DNA of 64,000 nucleotides from Prevotella sp. CAG:755 (GTDB lineage Bacteria; Bacteroidota; Bacteroidia; Bacteroidales; Bacteroidaceae): NCBI GenBank assembly GCA_963931215.1, contig OZ006989.1, positions 1,183,816 to 1,247,815 of the forward strand, read 5' to 3'. Shown piece by piece: positions 62,399 to 64,000 of this stretch (position 1 is its first letter; each line of letters starts with the position of its first letter). The notes under the pieces were generated by a model. It saw only the letters and a program-made list of their open reading frames with translations, ran no database searches and was not told where the DNA came from. The position numbers and the translations under genes were made by a program.

Positions 62399-62670
62399 AC
62401 AACAAAGAGTTCATCACAGCCCTCGCCGCACGCACTGACATGACCGCGCGCGAAGCTGGCAAACACGCAGCCACCCTGATGGCCGAACTGGCCCGGTCGC
62501 TCGACGAGAACGGTGCCCTCACCGTGCAGGGCTTCGGCAGCTTCGACGTGAAGAAAAAACTCGAACGCGTCATGGTTAACCCCACAACGAAACAGCGCCT
62601 GCTTGTTCCGCCCAAACTCGTGCTCACGTTCAAAGCCAGCCAGTTGCTCAAAGAAAAAGTCAAAGAATAA
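62395..62670 (+). CDS. HU family DNA-binding protein
   Basis: MNNKEFITALA..QGFGSFDVKKK.ER..NP.T..VPPK..FK; ATGA overlap with rimO. Confidence 0.9.
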   Translation: MNNKEFITALAARTDMTAREAGKHAATLMAELARSLDENGALTVQGFGSFDVKKKLERVMVNPTTKQRLLVPPKLVLTFKASQLLKEKVKE

Positions 62671-62673
62671 GTC

Positions 62674-64000
62674 ATGGACAAAAAAGCCACGCTCCAAGAA
62701 CTCCTCACCGCTTTCGCCACCAAATCTGGCCTGCCCCGGCGCCGCGCCGAGGCCTTTGTCCGTGCCTTTTTCGACGTTATTGCCGACGCCCTCGCCAGTG
62801 AAAAATTCGTCCGAGTCAAAGGACTCGGCACATTCAAGCTCGTGGCAGTCAGTGAACGCGAGAGCGTCGATGTCAACACCGGCGAACGTATCCAAATCAG
62901 CGGCCACACCAAAGTAAGCTTCACACCCGAGGCCGGACTGCGCGACCTCATCAACCGGCCCTTTGCCCACTTCCAGACCGTGGTCATCAATGAAGGAACA
63001 GACCTCAACGCGCTTGAAGCTGTCGACACTCCCGAAATAGAGGAAACCGGCAACGACACCCCCGAAGAACCACAATCTCCAGCGACAGAACCGACAGACA
63101 ACACCACGGCAGAGGCGGAAACACCAGAAACCGACAACGAAGCGGAGCAACCTGCTTTCGTTCCACCATCCGCAGTAGATTATTTTGCGGAATATCCCCT
63201 CGACGATGCGGACGAGGAAGACCCGTCGGCCGCTGTCATCGCCGATGACACTGCAAAAGACAGTGAAACGTCAACAACGGATGACTCAACAGGATACAGC
63301 GACACAGAGGCGGCTCATGAAGCGGCTCATGAAGCGCCCCAAGCCGCTGCCGCAGCGAACACTCATCCCGAAGGGGAAGAAGGCCTCACGGAAGCAGCCG
63401 CACTGCCCGACGAAGCACACTCCGACATAACAGACACTGCGCCCGTACAAGCCGAGACCGGCCGGACAGTGCCCCAAGAAGGAACAGCGGACAAGGACAC
63501 GTCCGAAACCGGCACCACCTCCGTAGAATCAGTCGATGGTATCCAGCCCCAAGACGAGGCCACGAAATACCACGAAACCACGGACGCCGAACCCCGCCAA
63601 ACAGCAACCGCCGACTTGCCGGACAACAGCCAGACAGTTCCTCCCGTCACTCCGGCAGGCCCATCAAGCACCAAGTCCACATTGCCGCCTCAACCACCCA
63701 CGCCACAGCCTCCTATGCCGCGTGACGTCAACTGGTGGAAAGTGACGGTTGTCGTTATCGGAATTCTTTTCCTCATGATGCTCAGCTATTTCGCAGGTTA
63801 CTTCCGCCTCTTCTGCCCCTGTGAGCGGCTTGATGCCCTCCACCGCCTGTGGACCGAGCAGACGGCTCCACCCTCTCCTACCGCACCGGCGACGACTGCA
63901 CCCGCCGACACCTTGCGTCACGCAACTGCCCCGCACGACACCACGGCCCTGCCCACCGACACCGTCGCCTCATCCTCCCAAGCTCCAGCAGCGACAAATA
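62674..64000 (+). CDS. HU-domain protein with an acidic linker and TM helix, partial (runs off the window)
   Basis: MDKKATLQELL..KGLGTFKLVAV.ERESVDVNTGERI..SFTP, then an acidic low-complexity region and hydrophobic VTVVVIGILFLMMLSYFAG. Absent from the ORF track because it has no stop. Confidence 0.85.
   Translation, partial: MDKKATLQELLTAFATKSGLPRRRAEAFVRAFFDVIADALASEKFVRVKGLGTFKLVAVSERESVDVNTGERIQISGHTKVSFTPEAGLRDLINRPFAHFQTVVINEGTDLNALEAVDTPEIEETGNDTPEEPQSPATEPTDNTTAEAETPETDNEAEQPAFVPPSAVDYFAEYPLDDADEEDPSAAVIADDTAKDSETSTTDDSTGYSDTEAAHEAAHEAPQAAAAANTHPEGEEGLTEAAALPDEAHSDITDTAPVQAETGRTVPQEGTADKDTSETGTTSVESVDGIQPQDEATKYHETTDAEPRQTATADLPDNSQTVPPVTPAGPSSTKSTLPPQPPTPQPPMPRDVNWWKVTVVVIGILFLMMLSYFAGYFRLFCPCERLDALHRLWTEQTAPPSPTAPATTAPADTLRHATAPHDTTALPTDTVASSSQAPAATN

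Noticed and set aside
16000-64000. Many long overlapping or antisense ORFs in the track (e.g. 56364-58724, 60073-61074, 60986-62383, 61519-62394, 35649-36494)
   Set aside because: Shadow frames of GC-rich housekeeping genes with no motifs; the real genes are on the other strand or frame.

Overview
Bacteroidales (Prevotella-like) chromosomal window, judged from TAnnTTTG promoters, gene order and gene families. Bases ~1-15,900 are a decaying accessory island, probably an ICE remnant. It holds an MrfA/Hrq1-like helicase operon cut by the window edge and a candidate RiPP cluster (RRE-radical SAM/SPASM enzyme with one frameshift, an unannotated 35-aa Cys/Ser-rich peptide, and a minimal SelO-fold enzyme). 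It also holds an HTH + membrane Ser/Thr kinase pair, whose kinase is split by a 2.4-kb IS1595-family element carrying a toxin-antitoxin-like pair, an ADP-ribosyltransferase-NADAR fusion, and ICE leading-region genes (PcfK/PcfJ-like). The rest is mostly housekeeping: cdd, mtgA, hisGDCB, ribH, recF, hisHAF-IE, ftsE, lysC, lysA, porin/phosphate transporter, rnpB, serS, ispE, GH20, valS, GH84, glnS, ftsY, rimO, HU and 7 tRNA genes. Two small accessory patches interrupt it: ~22.9-24.6 kb (orphan IS end, SD-led small ORF, structured ncRNA candidate) and ~58.8-60.0 kb (a GNAT gene between long inverted repeats). The best candidate for an undescribed system is the rSAM + peptide + SelO-like cluster; the ART-NADAR fusion is second. 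All family calls come from motif recognition by eye; no database searches were run.
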